From: Anaerolineae bacterium
GTDB taxonomy: Bacteria; Chloroflexota; Anaerolineae; B4-G1; DUEL01
Assembly (NCBI GenBank): GCA_041082215.1
Contig: JBDOIF010000118.1
Coordinates: 62,001-117,067, forward strand
Direction of reading: 5' to 3'
Length of the DNA stretch: 55,067 bases
In this document: positions 1 to 8,515 of the stretch, piece by piece
Numbering within the stretch: the stretch's first letter is position 1
Layout: the number at the start of each line of letters is the position of its first letter
Position numbers and translations under genes: made by a program
Notes under the pieces: generated by a model
What the model was told of the DNA's origin: nothing
Databases searched by the model: none
Seen by the model: only the letters and a program-made list of their open reading frames with translations

Positions 1-2
1 TC

Positions 3-284
3 GCCCGTGTCGTCGCTGTCCGCCCCGAAGTGATCCTGATGGACGAACCCTGTTCGGCCCTCGATCCCATCGTCACCCTGGAGATCGAGGAACTGATGAA
101 ACGGCTGCGCGAGGAATACTGTATCGTCATTGTCACCCATAATATGCAGCAGGCAGCCAGGGTGTCGGATTGGACCGGTTTCTTCTGGTTGGGGAAACTG
201 GTGGAGTTTGGCGCCACCGGCGACCTCTTCACCCATCCGCGGGAGAAGCTGACCGAGGATTACATCACCGGCCGGGCAGGATAG
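3..284 (+). CDS. pstB: Phosphate ABC transporter ATP-binding protein, 3' part (truncated by the window start)
   Basis: Walker B/D-loop [13 protein letters not shown]-loop [10 protein letters not shown] and the PstB C-terminus TEDYITGR; lies directly upstream of phoU. Confidence 0.95.
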   Translation, partial: ARVVAVRPEVILMDEPCSALDPIVTLEIEELMKRLREEYCIVIVTHNMQQAARVSDWTGFFWLGKLVEFGATGDLFTHPREKLTEDYITGRAG

Positions 285-301
285 AGAACAGGAGGTCGGT
301 T

Positions 302-964
302 ATGCCAAGAGAGACCTTCGATCGGGAACTCCAGCAGTTGCAGGACAGGCTGTTGAAGCTGGGAAGTCTGGTGGAAGAGGCGCTCAGCGCCTCGGTGGAG
401 GCCCTGCGTCGCAGGGACCACGAGGCTGCGCGGGCGATCATCGCCCAGGACGAGGAGATCAACCGGCATCGCTTCGCTCTGGAAAAAGACACCCTGATCC
501 TGATCGCCACCCAGCAGCCGATGGCCAGCGACCTGCGCACGCTGGCCGCTATCCTGGAGATCACCACCGAGCTGGAACGGATGGGGGACTACGCCAAGGG
601 GATCGCCAAGATTGATCTGTTGATCGGGGACGAGCCTCTCATCAAGCCGCTGATTGACATACCCCGAATGGCGCAAAAGGCGCGGGACATGCTCCACCGG
701 GCGCTGACAGCCTTCGTGCATGGGGATATAGAACTGGCACAGGCCATCCCTCCCGAAGATGACGAGGTGGATGCCCTCTACCAGCAGGTCTATCGGGAAT
801 TGATCACCTACATCCTGGCCGACCCCCACAACATCGAACAGGCCAACTACCTGCTGTGGGCAGCCCACAACCTGGAACGGACCGCCGATCGGGTGGTCAA
901 CATCTGCGAACGGGTGGTGTTCACCGTCACCGGGAAGCTGATGGAGTTCGAGGACGCAGAGTAG
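302..964 (+). CDS. phoU: Phosphate signalling complex protein PhoU
   Basis: QQPMASDLR, ELERMGDYA and ERTADRVVNICERV motifs; GGAGGT RBS at 291-296 before the ATG at 302. Confidence 0.96.
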   Translation: MPRETFDRELQQLQDRLLKLGSLVEEALSASVEALRRRDHEAARAIIAQDEEINRHRFALEKDTLILIATQQPMASDLRTLAAILEITTELERMGDYAKGIAKIDLLIGDEPLIKPLIDIPRMAQKARDMLHRALTAFVHGDIELAQAIPPEDDEVDALYQQVYRELITYILADPHNIEQANYLLWAAHNLERTADRVVNICERVVFTVTGKLMEFEDAE

Positions 965-1007
965 ATACCAGGCCCATCTGCCGACCACACGGGCAACCGT
1001 CTGATCC

Positions 1008-3653
1008 CTACCAGGGGGCCGTAACCCTCAATGCCGCTTCCAGCACCCTCTGCCCCACCATCGCTGCCCGATAGGGGTCGGTGGGATGTTCCAGAAGGAC
1101 CGCCACGGCGTACCGGGGGGCAACTGCCGGAGCCACTCCGAGGAACCAGGCATGGGGCGGCCGGCCCTCTCCCGCCACTGCCGTCCCCAGATGCCCCAGC
1201 ACATCGGGGCTGTAGGGCTGCCACGCCGCCAGGAGCACCCTCGCCAGCTCCGGCGCCATCACCTCCTGCGGGCGACCTTGAGGCTCCAGTTCGCGCCATC
1301 CCCCATCCGGCTCCTGCACCCGCTCCACGAGCCGCAGGATAGGGATCGCCCCATCGTTGGCCAGTGCCGCCGCCACCCGGGCCATCGCCAGCGGTGAGAG
1401 GGTGAGGCTCCCCTGCCCCACCGCCTCCATCGCTGGCCCCTTCGGCGCCCAGGTCCCCGCTTCCGTGGGGAGCTCCAGCTCCGGCGGCTCTGTCAGCCCC
1501 CACCGCTCCACGGCCGCAGTAAGCCCGTCCGTCCCCAGCAGTTCCCCCAGCGCAGCGAAGGGGGCCGGACAGGCGGACCGGTAGGCCGCCGCCAGATCGG
1601 CCAGCGGCGGAGGCTCCTCCCGACAACCCATCTCCACGCCGTCTACCCACACCGTGTCGGTGATCCCCTGAGCGGGATCCGTCGGGTAGGCCAGCTCCCG
1701 GCCCACCGCCTCGGCCAGCACCACCGTCTCCAGCGCGGCCCCCGGCTGGTACAGTCCCTGCGTGGCCCGGTTGACCAGCGGCGCAGCCGGGTTCTCCCGG
1801 AGCTGATCCCATTCCTCATCCAGCCGGGCCGGGTCGAAGGTGGGCGCAGAGGCCATAGCCAGCACATCGCCTGTCTGAGCGTCCAGCAACACCACCGCCC
1901 CGCTCTGCCCCGCCAGCGCCCTCTGAGCCGCCCGCTGCAGCTCCGCATCCAGCGTAAGCTGCACATCCCGGCCCCGGGGCGGGCGGTGGAGGAGGCCCGC
2001 CCAGGCCACCTCCCAGCCGGACCGGCCCACCTCCCCCCGCAACTCACCGTCGAAGGCCGCCTCGATCCCACCGGTGCCGTGCCGGAGGCTTGCGTACCCG
2101 ACCACCGGCGCTGCTTCCACCACCGGGTAGGTGCGGGCGACCAGCCCGGACGGGGCAACCTCTATATCTGCCAGCGGTTCCCCCGACCGGTCCAGGATCC
2201 GCCCCCGCAGGATACGCTGCTCATACTCCACCCGGCGGGGGTTGTCCTCCCGGGCCGTCAGCCAGTCGGCGCGGGCCACAGACCAGTAGCCGCAGGTCGC
2301 CGCCAGGAGCGCCAGGGCCAGGCTGAGAGCACAGGCAACGTGGAGGAGAGGGGCAGGAGGGACGCGGAGACGGGGGGAGGAGGAAACGCCGGGACGTGGA
2401 AATGCGGAGATGCGGAGGAGAAGGCCCATGGTGATGAAGGTGACCACAAGGGAGGAGCCGCCATAAGAAAGAAAAGGGAGGGTAACGCCAGCAAGGGGGG
2501 CCAGCCTGACGTTGCCGGCCATAATCACCCACGCCTGGATCACCAGCGCCCCGGTGAGGCCGGCGGCCAGGAACTGCTCGAAGGAACGGGAGGCGCGGGC
2601 AGCGGCACGAAAGCCCCGGACCAGGAGAAGGCCGTAAAGAGCAATGGCGACCAGCATCCCCGCCAGCCCGAACTCCTCACCGAGGGCGGCGAAGACGAAG
2701 TCGGTGTGCACGGCGGGGATGTAGGTGGGGCGGCCTAACCCCAGCCCCTGCCCCACCAGCCCCCCCGACCCGAAGGCCAGCAGACTCTGGACAATCTGGA
2801 AGGTCCGATCGGCTGCGCCCGGCCACGGGTTCAGCCATCCATCCACCCGGACCGCCACCCGGGCGGAGCCAGCGTAGCCCACAGCGCCGGCCAGAAGGAA
2901 GAGAGCCAGCCCCGCCAGCACGTACCCCGCCTGACCGGTCGCCAGGTACAGCATGGTCAGGAAAGTGAAGAAGAAAAGCATCGCCGCTCCCAGGTCCTGC
3001 TGCCAGGCCAGGAGCATCGCCGCCAGGCCAAACATCGCCAGAAGCGGCCCCACATAGGCCAGGGGCGGCAGCCGCAGCCGCCCCACCTGATGGCCCGCCT
3101 CCAGCAACAGCTCCCGCCGTTCCGCCAGGTAGGAAGCCAGATAGACCACCAGCAGGAGCTTCAGCGGCTCGGAGGGCTGGAAGTAGGCCCGGCCCAGCCC
3201 CAGCCAGAGGCGGGGGCCGTAGCCGGAAGGGTTGACCCCCAGGATGAGGGTGGCGGCCAGCAGGGCCAGCCCGGCCAGAAGCCAGGTGTACCGGTACCGA
3301 CGGAGCCATCGCAGGTCCTGCCCTGCCTGCACTACAGCCACCATCGCCACGGTGGAGAGCAGAAGCCAGGTGGCCTGACGGGGGAGGAAGTTAGGAGCCA
3401 GCCGGCCCACCATCAGAAGCCCCCAGCCGCTCAGGAGCGCTGCTGTGGGCAGCAGGAACGGGTCCCGCTCCGGGAGACGGCGGCAGAGGACGACGTGGGC
3501 AGTGGTGAAAGAAAGGGCCCATGAGAAAATGACCAATGACCAATGGCTGAGGGTGAAGGAGGGAGAGGAAAGATGCAGGGTCAGGCCGCCGAGGAGGACA
3601 AAAGCGGCAGCCAGTAGTAAGAGGGGCCGTTCACGACGGGCAGTCAGCGTCAT
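1008..3653 (-). CDS. SEDS (RodA/FtsW) glycosyltransferase fused to a PbpA-like penicillin-binding domain with degenerate catalytic motifs
   Basis: N-terminal half has FQPSE, QQDLG, HTDFVF and LPFLSYGGSS; C-terminal half has RGRILDR, LTLD, GDVLAMAS and NRATQGLYQPG; SxxK is AALE and KTG is HLG. Confidence 0.9.
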   Translation of the reverse strand: MTLTARRERPLLLLAAAFVLLGGLTLHLSSPSFTLSHWSLVIFSWALSFTTAHVVLCRRLPERDPFLLPTAALLSGWGLLMVGRLAPNFLPRQATWLLLSTVAMVAVVQAGQDLRWLRRYRYTWLLAGLALLAATLILGVNPSGYGPRLWLGLGRAYFQPSEPLKLLLVVYLASYLAERRELLLEAGHQVGRLRLPPLAYVGPLLAMFGLAAMLLAWQQDLGAAMLFFFTFLTMLYLATGQAGYVLAGLALFLLAGAVGYAGSARVAVRVDGWLNPWPGAADRTFQIVQSLLAFGSGGLVGQGLGLGRPTYIPAVHTDFVFAALGEEFGLAGMLVAIALYGLLLVRGFRAAARASRSFEQFLAAGLTGALVIQAWVIMAGNVRLAPLAGVTLPFLSYGGSSLVVTFITMGLLLRISAFPRPGVSSSPRLRVPPAPLLHVACALSLALALLAATCGYWSVARADWLTAREDNPRRVEYEQRILRGRILDRSGEPLADIEVAPSGLVARTYPVVEAAPVVGYASLRHGTGGIEAAFDGELRGEVGRSGWEVAWAGLLHRPPRGRDVQLTLDAELQRAAQRALAGQSGAVVLLDAQTGDVLAMASAPTFDPARLDEEWDQLRENPAAPLVNRATQGLYQPGAALETVVLAEAVGRELAYPTDPAQGITDTVWVDGVEMGCREEPPPLADLAAAYRSACPAPFAALGELLGTDGLTAAVERWGLTEPPELELPTEAGTWAPKGPAMEAVGQGSLTLSPLAMARVAAALANDGAIPILRLVERVQEPDGGWRELEPQGRPQEVMAPELARVLLAAWQPYSPDVLGHLGTAVAGEGRPPHAWFLGVAPAVAPRYAVAVLLEHPTDPYRAAMVGQRVLEAALRVTAPW
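2362..2417 (+). repeat. Seven degenerate 8-bp tandem units (consensus ACGCGGAG) at the SEDS-PBP junction
   Basis: acgcggag acgggggg aggaggaa acgccggg acgtggaa atgcggag atgcggag. Confidence 0.7.
3521..3548 (+). repeat. Short heptamer array (AATGACC) within the SEDS N-terminus
   Basis: atgagaa aatgacc aatgacc aatggct; encodes SHWSLVIFS on the minus strand. Confidence 0.55.
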
Positions 3654-3704
3654 CAGGGCCTTTCAGAGTTCGGGACCAGCCTACTTGCGCCAGCGACGGA
3701 GGCC

Positions 3705-4577
3705 CTACCCCAGATACTTCCCCACAATCGGCGCCAGGTCCCGCTTGAGCTGCTCAGGAATCAGGTCCCGCTGGGTGATGAGAGCAGTGGCCAGAGTGTC
3801 CTTGCATCCGCAATCCCGCTCCATCGCCGCCAGCCGGGGGATCAGCAGTCGGAGGGCGTCCTGGGCCAGTTGGGCGTTGGCGGCCAGGGTGGAAAGCAGC
3901 ATTTCCACGTTGACCGGCTCCTCCGTCTCGTGCCAGACGTCGTAGTCGGTGATGTGGGCCATCACCGCGTAGCACATCTCCGCCTCGCGGGCCAGGAACG
4001 CCTCCGGGCTGGACGTCATCCCGATGATGTCCATTCCCCAGGCCCGGTAGGTGAAGCTTTCCCCTTTCGTGGAGAAGCGGGGTCCTTCGATGGTGATGAA
4101 CCGTCCGCCCCGATGGACAGTGCCGCCCGCCTCAGCGACGGCATCGGCCAGGAGGGCGGAGAGGCGACCGCAGAAGGGCTCCGCCACGCCGATGTGGGCC
4201 ACCAGACCGTTGCCGAAGAAGGTGTAGGTCCGTTTCTTGGTGAAATCGAAAAGCTGGTCGGGGACGACCACCTCTCCCGGATGGAGGTGCTCCCGCAGGG
4301 AGCCACAGGCGGAGATGGAGATGACCTGCTCTACCCCCAGCGTCTTCAGGGCGTAGATGTTGGCCCGGTAGTTGACCTCGGTGGGCATGATCCGATGGCC
4401 CCGGCCGTGACGGGCCAGGAAGGCCACCCGCACCCCCTCCAGCGTGCCGATGAGCAGCGCGTCCGAAGGGTCGCCGAAGGGGGTAGGGATCCGTCGCTCC
4501 TCCACGTCGGTCAGCCCCCCCATATGATAGAGGCCGGAGCCGCCGATGATGCCGATGCGGATAGATGTTTCGGCCAT
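3705..4577 (-). CDS. mtnP: S-methyl-5'-thioadenosine phosphorylase
   Basis: IGIIGGSG, RHGRGH, NYRANI, EGPRFST, GMT and TDYD motifs of the MTAP family. Confidence 0.93.
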   Translation of the reverse strand: MAETSIRIGIIGGSGLYHMGGLTDVEERRIPTPFGDPSDALLIGTLEGVRVAFLARHGRGHRIMPTEVNYRANIYALKTLGVEQVISISACGSLREHLHPGEVVVPDQLFDFTKKRTYTFFGNGLVAHIGVAEPFCGRLSALLADAVAEAGGTVHRGGRFITIEGPRFSTKGESFTYRAWGMDIIGMTSSPEAFLAREAEMCYAVMAHITDYDVWHETEEPVNVEMLLSTLAANAQLAQDALRLLIPRLAAMERDCGCKDTLATALITQRDLIPEQLKRDLAPIVGKYLG

Positions 4578-4625
4578 TTCGCTTTCCTCCCTTAACCGAT
4601 GCGCTATTTCAGGTGTCCCGTGCCA

Positions 4626-5588
4626 TCAAGCCGGAAGCGGTCGTTGTTCCCCATCGAAGAGTGCCCGCAATGCCTGAAGGCTGGTGTGGCGGGGCCGCCA
4701 CCCGAGCTCCTGTCGGGCCTTTTCGTTGCTGGCGACGAAGGGAAAACGAGCCAGCCCCACCTGGGCCGGATGGGTCACGCCGCCCAGCAGCCCCAGCCGC
4801 CACAGCAATCCGAAGAGGGGCCGGGACTCAGGCCACGGAAAGTCCATCAGCCGTTTCCCTGCGCCGGTCCAGAGCTCCCGCCAGGGGAGCCAATCGTCGG
4901 GAGTGGCGTTGAAGACGCCCCGCGCTCCAGCCCACAACGCCAGCAGGATCAGGTCTACCACATCCTCTTCGTGGACAAACTGGCCCGGCGCCTGCCCCCC
5001 ACAGACAATAATGGCCCTCCACCTTCGCCACAGGTCGGCCAGCGGCCCCTGAGCGTGGGGGCCTGCGATCCCCGGCGGACGGAGCACCGCACAGGCCACC
5101 TCAGGATGGCTCTGCCCGAACGACCGGCACATCTCCTCCACCCGCCCTTTGTGAACCCCATAGGGGTAATCGGGGTTGGGGCGGGGCTGGTGGGCCTCCG
5201 TAAGCGGCACCGGATTGTCCGGCCATGCTCCATAGACGGTGGTGCTGGAGAGGACCGCCAGCCTTCTGACCCCTGCCGCCGCTGCCGACCGGAGCACGTT
5301 TGCCGTTCCTTCCACGTTAGCCCGCTTCATCCGGGCCATCCGTCGGGGCGTCGCATGGAGGACGAAGGCGGCATGGACCAGCCCCTCTACCCGATGGTAC
5401 CGCAGAAATTCCCCCAGCCCTGGATCGCAAATGTCTTCCTGATAGAAGATCAGCTTCTCCGATGCAGGATGGGGAAGGGGGCGCAGGTCGAAGCCGACCA
5501 CCACTTCGATCTCGGGATCGGTCAGGAAACGGGCCAGCAGCCGGCTGCCCACGTACCCACTTGCTCCCGTGACGGCAACGACCCGCAT
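4626..5588 (-). CDS. NAD-dependent epimerase/dehydratase (extended SDR)
   Basis: TGASGYVG Rossmann motif, SSTTVYG, YGVHK (YxxxK), FVHEED. Confidence 0.88.
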   Translation of the reverse strand: MRVVAVTGASGYVGSRLLARFLTDPEIEVVVGFDLRPLPHPASEKLIFYQEDICDPGLGEFLRYHRVEGLVHAAFVLHATPRRMARMKRANVEGTANVLRSAAAAGVRRLAVLSSTTVYGAWPDNPVPLTEAHQPRPNPDYPYGVHKGRVEEMCRSFGQSHPEVACAVLRPPGIAGPHAQGPLADLWRRWRAIIVCGGQAPGQFVHEEDVVDLILLALWAGARGVFNATPDDWLPWRELWTGAGKRLMDFPWPESRPLFGLLWRLGLLGGVTHPAQVGLARFPFVASNEKARQELGWRPRHTSLQALRALFDGEQRPLPA

Positions 5589-5597
5589 GGGCGCTCC

Positions 5598-6389
5598 CTA
5601 CATCATCCCACGGTACATCCCCCCATCCACCAGCAGGCTCACGCCGGTGATGTAGGAAGCGGCGGGAGAGGCCAGGAAGACTACGGCACGGGCCAGCTCG
5701 TCGGGGTCTGCCATCCGGCCCAGCGGGATCGCCGCCGTGATCTTCGCCGCCTCCTCCTCCGGCGTCGTGCCGTTCCGCTCCGCCCGGTCTCGCAGAAGCT
5801 GTTCCACCCGCTCTGTGCGGGTCCAGCCCGGACACACGGCGTTGACCCGGATGCCGTCGGGGGCCAGCTCATCGGCCAGCGTCTTCACCAGCCCCACGAC
5901 CGCCAGCCGAACGCTGTTGGAAAGGATCAGGTTGGGCAGCGGCTGCTTGACGCTCACCGAGGTCATCGCCACGATGGAGCCTCCGCCCTGCTCCCGCATA
6001 GGGGGGACAGCGGCGTAGCAGAGACGGACAGCGCTCATCAGCGTGAGCCGAACCGCCCCCTCCCAGTCATCGGGGGTCAATTCCAGAAAGCGGCCTGGAG
6101 GAGGGCCGCCAGCGTTGGTCACCAGTATATCAATCCGGCCCAGCCGCTCCAGCACAGCCTGCACCAGCCGGTCCACCTCTTCGGGCATGGTGATGTCGGC
6201 GGGGATGGCCAGCACCTCAGCGCCGGTGGCCTCCCGGATGGCGGCGGCCGCCTCCCTCAGCGGCCCGGCGCTGCGGGCACAGATAACGACCGCCGCCCCT
6301 TCCTTCGCAAACCCCTGTGCCACCGCCCGCCCCAACCCCTGGCTGGCAGCCGTTACCAGCGCCACCTTCCCCCTCAACCCCAGGTCCAT
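5598..6389 (-). CDS. Classical SDR oxidoreductase (3-oxoacyl-ACP reductase-like)
   Basis: MDLGLRGKVALVTAASQGLG, NAGGPPPG, NAVCPG, VDGG; start set at ATG 6389 after a GGGGAG RBS. Confidence 0.88.
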   Translation of the reverse strand: MDLGLRGKVALVTAASQGLGRAVAQGFAKEGAAVVICARSAGPLREAAAAIREATGAEVLAIPADITMPEEVDRLVQAVLERLGRIDILVTNAGGPPPGRFLELTPDDWEGAVRLTLMSAVRLCYAAVPPMREQGGGSIVAMTSVSVKQPLPNLILSNSVRLAVVGLVKTLADELAPDGIRVNAVCPGWTRTERVEQLLRDRAERNGTTPEEEAAKITAAIPLGRMADPDELARAVVFLASPAASYITGVSLLVDGGMYRGMM

Positions 6390-6451
6390 ATCTCCCCCTT
6401 TCCATCCCAGTTTCCGCAGCCCTTCCACAGCGGGTCCGTCACCCGATACCG

Positions 6452-6868
6452 CTAGAACGCTTGTGGGGAAACCCTGCGGACCCAGGGGACACCATCAAAC
6501 CCCTGGTCAGCGGTAATGATCTCTCGGACCTGATGCCGCTCCATCACCGCCAGATGGACCAGATCGCGCATCTCCAGAAAGGGCTGCAGCTCCGCCAGCT
6601 CCCTGGCCCGGACTACATCCAGGTCCTCGACCGGCAGGATGCGCCCCAGCATGATGCGATGGAAATGGTCGAAGACCCAGAGCCCCTTCTCACGCTGGCC
6701 GATGTGGAAGTAGCGGTAGAGGATTTCCTGAAGAACCTCAACGTCAGTGAGGGCCTCCAGCTCTCCGAGGGCGACAGCACGGATTACGCGCTGACAGGGA
6801 CCTCGAAGGGGGTGTTCCGCACCTGCCGCGTACATCGGCACATTGGTATCAATAAAAACGGGCCCCAT
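6452..6868 (-). CDS. vapC: Type II TA toxin, VapC/PIN-domain ribonuclease
   Basis: FIDTN, EVLQE, RD..H and ITADQGFD acidic PIN residues. Confidence 0.9.
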   Translation of the reverse strand: MGPVFIDTNVPMYAAGAEHPLRGPCQRVIRAVALGELEALTDVEVLQEILYRYFHIGQREKGLWVFDHFHRIMLGRILPVEDLDVVRARELAELQPFLEMRDLVHLAVMERHQVREIITADQGFDGVPWVRRVSPQAF

Positions 6869-6878
6869 CGGCAAGCCC

Positions 6879-7127
6879 TTACGTTCCCGCACGGGCCTCT
6901 GTAATCTCCCGCTTCATCGTTTCCCAATCCGCCACCGGAGCCTCAGTACGGAAAAGCGCCTCGGCCGCCTCAAGGCGGGCCTGGCGATCTTCTTCCAGCA
7001 GGAGCTGAATGGCCTGACGGACCAGTTGGGCCACCGGGACTTTCCGTCGCTGCGCCTCTTCCCGTAGAAGATGCATCATACGAGGCTCCAGGCGGATTTC
7101 CAATCGCTCTGCCAGCGTTCCCATCAC
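6879..7127 (-). CDS. Putative antitoxin (RHH/CopG-like)
   Basis: Small protein directly upstream of vapC with an RHH-like pattern (RLEIRL...AQRRKVPVAQLVRQAI). Confidence 0.8.
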   Translation of the reverse strand: MMGTLAERLEIRLEPRMMHLLREEAQRRKVPVAQLVRQAIQLLLEEDRQARLEAAEALFRTEAPVADWETMKREITEARAGT

Positions 7128-7143
7128 TCACTTCCTGTACGGT

Positions 7144-7190
7144 TACGGAATATTTTACCGTATTTTATCTCGAACATTCCCCATCGTCAA
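7144..7190 (-). promoter_or_regulatory. Sigma70-type promoter of the TA operon with a TACGG-N9-CCGTA inverted repeat (candidate operator)
   Basis: TTGACG (7190-7185), 17 bp, TAAAAT (7167-7162); inverted repeat at 7144-7162 over the predicted start site. Confidence 0.7.
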
Positions 7191-7193
7191 GCA

Positions 7194-7216
7194 GGACAAG
7201 CTCAGGCCTGTCCTAC
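7194..7216 (-). repeat. GTAG-type REP-like palindrome
   Basis: Minus strand GTAGGACAGGC-CTGA-GCTTGTCC; resembles 23876-23900. Confidence 0.45.
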
Positions 7217-7654
7217 CATTTGCTGGTGCCCCGTTTCCATCCGCAGGACTACCTGGCCCAGGCCGATCAGGTCCCCGGCGCTCACGACAGTGGGACGGGT
7301 GACCCGCTCACCGTTGAGGGTCGTCCCGTTCTTGCTCCCCTGATCCTCCAGCCACCACCTTCCCTCCCGCCAGGCCAGCAGCGCGTGGCGAGCGGAGATG
7401 AAGGGATCGGGCAGGACAACAGTGTTGGCCGGGGTCCGCCCCAGGGAAGTGACCCCCTGAAGCGGGAAGACGGTCCCCAGTGCCGGCCCCCGTTCCCCCG
7501 CCTCCACCACGACCAGCCATCCTTCCGGCCGGGCAGGCTGCTCTGCCTGGATCGCCTGCCGCAGTTCCCGCCACAGCAGAAGCAGGACAGCCGCCAGAAA
7601 GGCATAGAGGAGAGCCGTCAAAAGGACGCGCAGCAGGAGAAGGATCAGGTCCAA
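7202..7654 (-). CDS. Membrane-anchored FHA domain protein (FhaB/FipA-like)
   Basis: N-terminal TM helix; GR...SARHA...D.GSKNGT FHA motifs. Confidence 0.9.
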   Translation of the reverse strand: MDLILLLLRVLLTALLYAFLAAVLLLLWRELRQAIQAEQPARPEGWLVVVEAGERGPALGTVFPLQGVTSLGRTPANTVVLPDPFISARHALLAWREGRWWLEDQGSKNGTTLNGERVTRPTVVSAGDLIGLGQVVLRMETGHQQMVGQA

Positions 7655-7658
7655 CGGA

Positions 7659-8465
7659 TCAACCCCCGTCGTTTCCCGGAGGCACGCCCAATGCTGGCGT
7701 ATCCTCTTCTCCCGGCTCCACCACCGGTGGGGGGTCTTCTCCGTAGATCACGTTAACGCCGGCAAAGGAGATCACATCCCCCGGTTGGAGCACGCATTCC
7801 TGAACCGGGTAGCCGTTGATGGAGGTCCCGCCGGAGCTACCCAGATCGTAGAGGATGTAGCGGCCATAGCGGCGGCGGAGCTGGGCGTGGTGGCGGGAGA
7901 CGCGGGGGTCCTCCAGGATGATGTCGTTATCCAGCGCCCGGCCGATGTCCACCACCGGCTCGGTCAGCTCCACGTGCCGGTCACCGTCCACAATAAGAAA
8001 GGGCCTCCCGCGGGGCTCCTCCTCCACGGCTGCCCGGACCGCTTCCTGTTCCTCCTCCGTCATCTCCCGGGTGGAGCCGGGTTCGGCCCCTTCGGGGGGC
8101 TGCCAGCGGGCTTCAACCCGGACCGAGCGAGGGGCCACATCCAGCAGGGGCTCCACAGAGACAACGGGCGGGGCGGTGAGCGCCAGGCCGGCCTCCCGGG
8201 CCAGAGCGGTCACATGCTCGACCAGCTCCTCTGCCAGGGTCGGGCAGTGGGCGACGAGCAGGCCGAAGTCCTGGGGGTGGAGATAGATCCAGTAATGGGT
8301 GGGGGCCAGAAGGGACCCATCCGGCGCATGGACCCGGTGGTCTTCCATCGCACGGGCCAGATGGGTGGCGACCTCTAGGGGGTGCAGGTAGCCCGCGAAG
8401 AGGCGGGCGAAGGTCCCCTCCACCAGCCACTCGGCCAGGGCCTCGAAACGGTCGAGTCGGTTCAT
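7659..8465 (-). CDS. DUF3662 + FHA domain protein (FhaA-like)
   Basis: LVEGTFARLF..LHPLEVA N-terminal domain; GRALDNDI, SRHHA and DLGSSGGT FHA motifs. Confidence 0.88.
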   Translation of the reverse strand: MNRLDRFEALAEWLVEGTFARLFAGYLHPLEVATHLARAMEDHRVHAPDGSLLAPTHYWIYLHPQDFGLLVAHCPTLAEELVEHVTALAREAGLALTAPPVVSVEPLLDVAPRSVRVEARWQPPEGAEPGSTREMTEEEQEAVRAAVEEEPRGRPFLIVDGDRHVELTEPVVDIGRALDNDIILEDPRVSRHHAQLRRRYGRYILYDLGSSGGTSINGYPVQECVLQPGDVISFAGVNVIYGEDPPPVVEPGEEDTPALGVPPGNDGG

Positions 8466-8474
8466 CGAGGGGTG

Positions 8475-8503
8475 ATTATAACGCGGCAGGGGAGGTATGG
8501 CAA
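8475..8503 (-). promoter_or_regulatory. Sigma70-type promoter for the fhaA-like gene (leaderless or short leader)
   Basis: TTGCCA, 17 bp, TATAAT; ATG 9 nt downstream; no SD sequence. Confidence 0.7.
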
Positions 8504-8515
8504 GTGAGCCGGCCC

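Noticed and set aside
4599..6455. 618-aa plus-strand ORF
   Set aside because: Antisense shadow of two well-supported SDR genes, with no recognisable motifs
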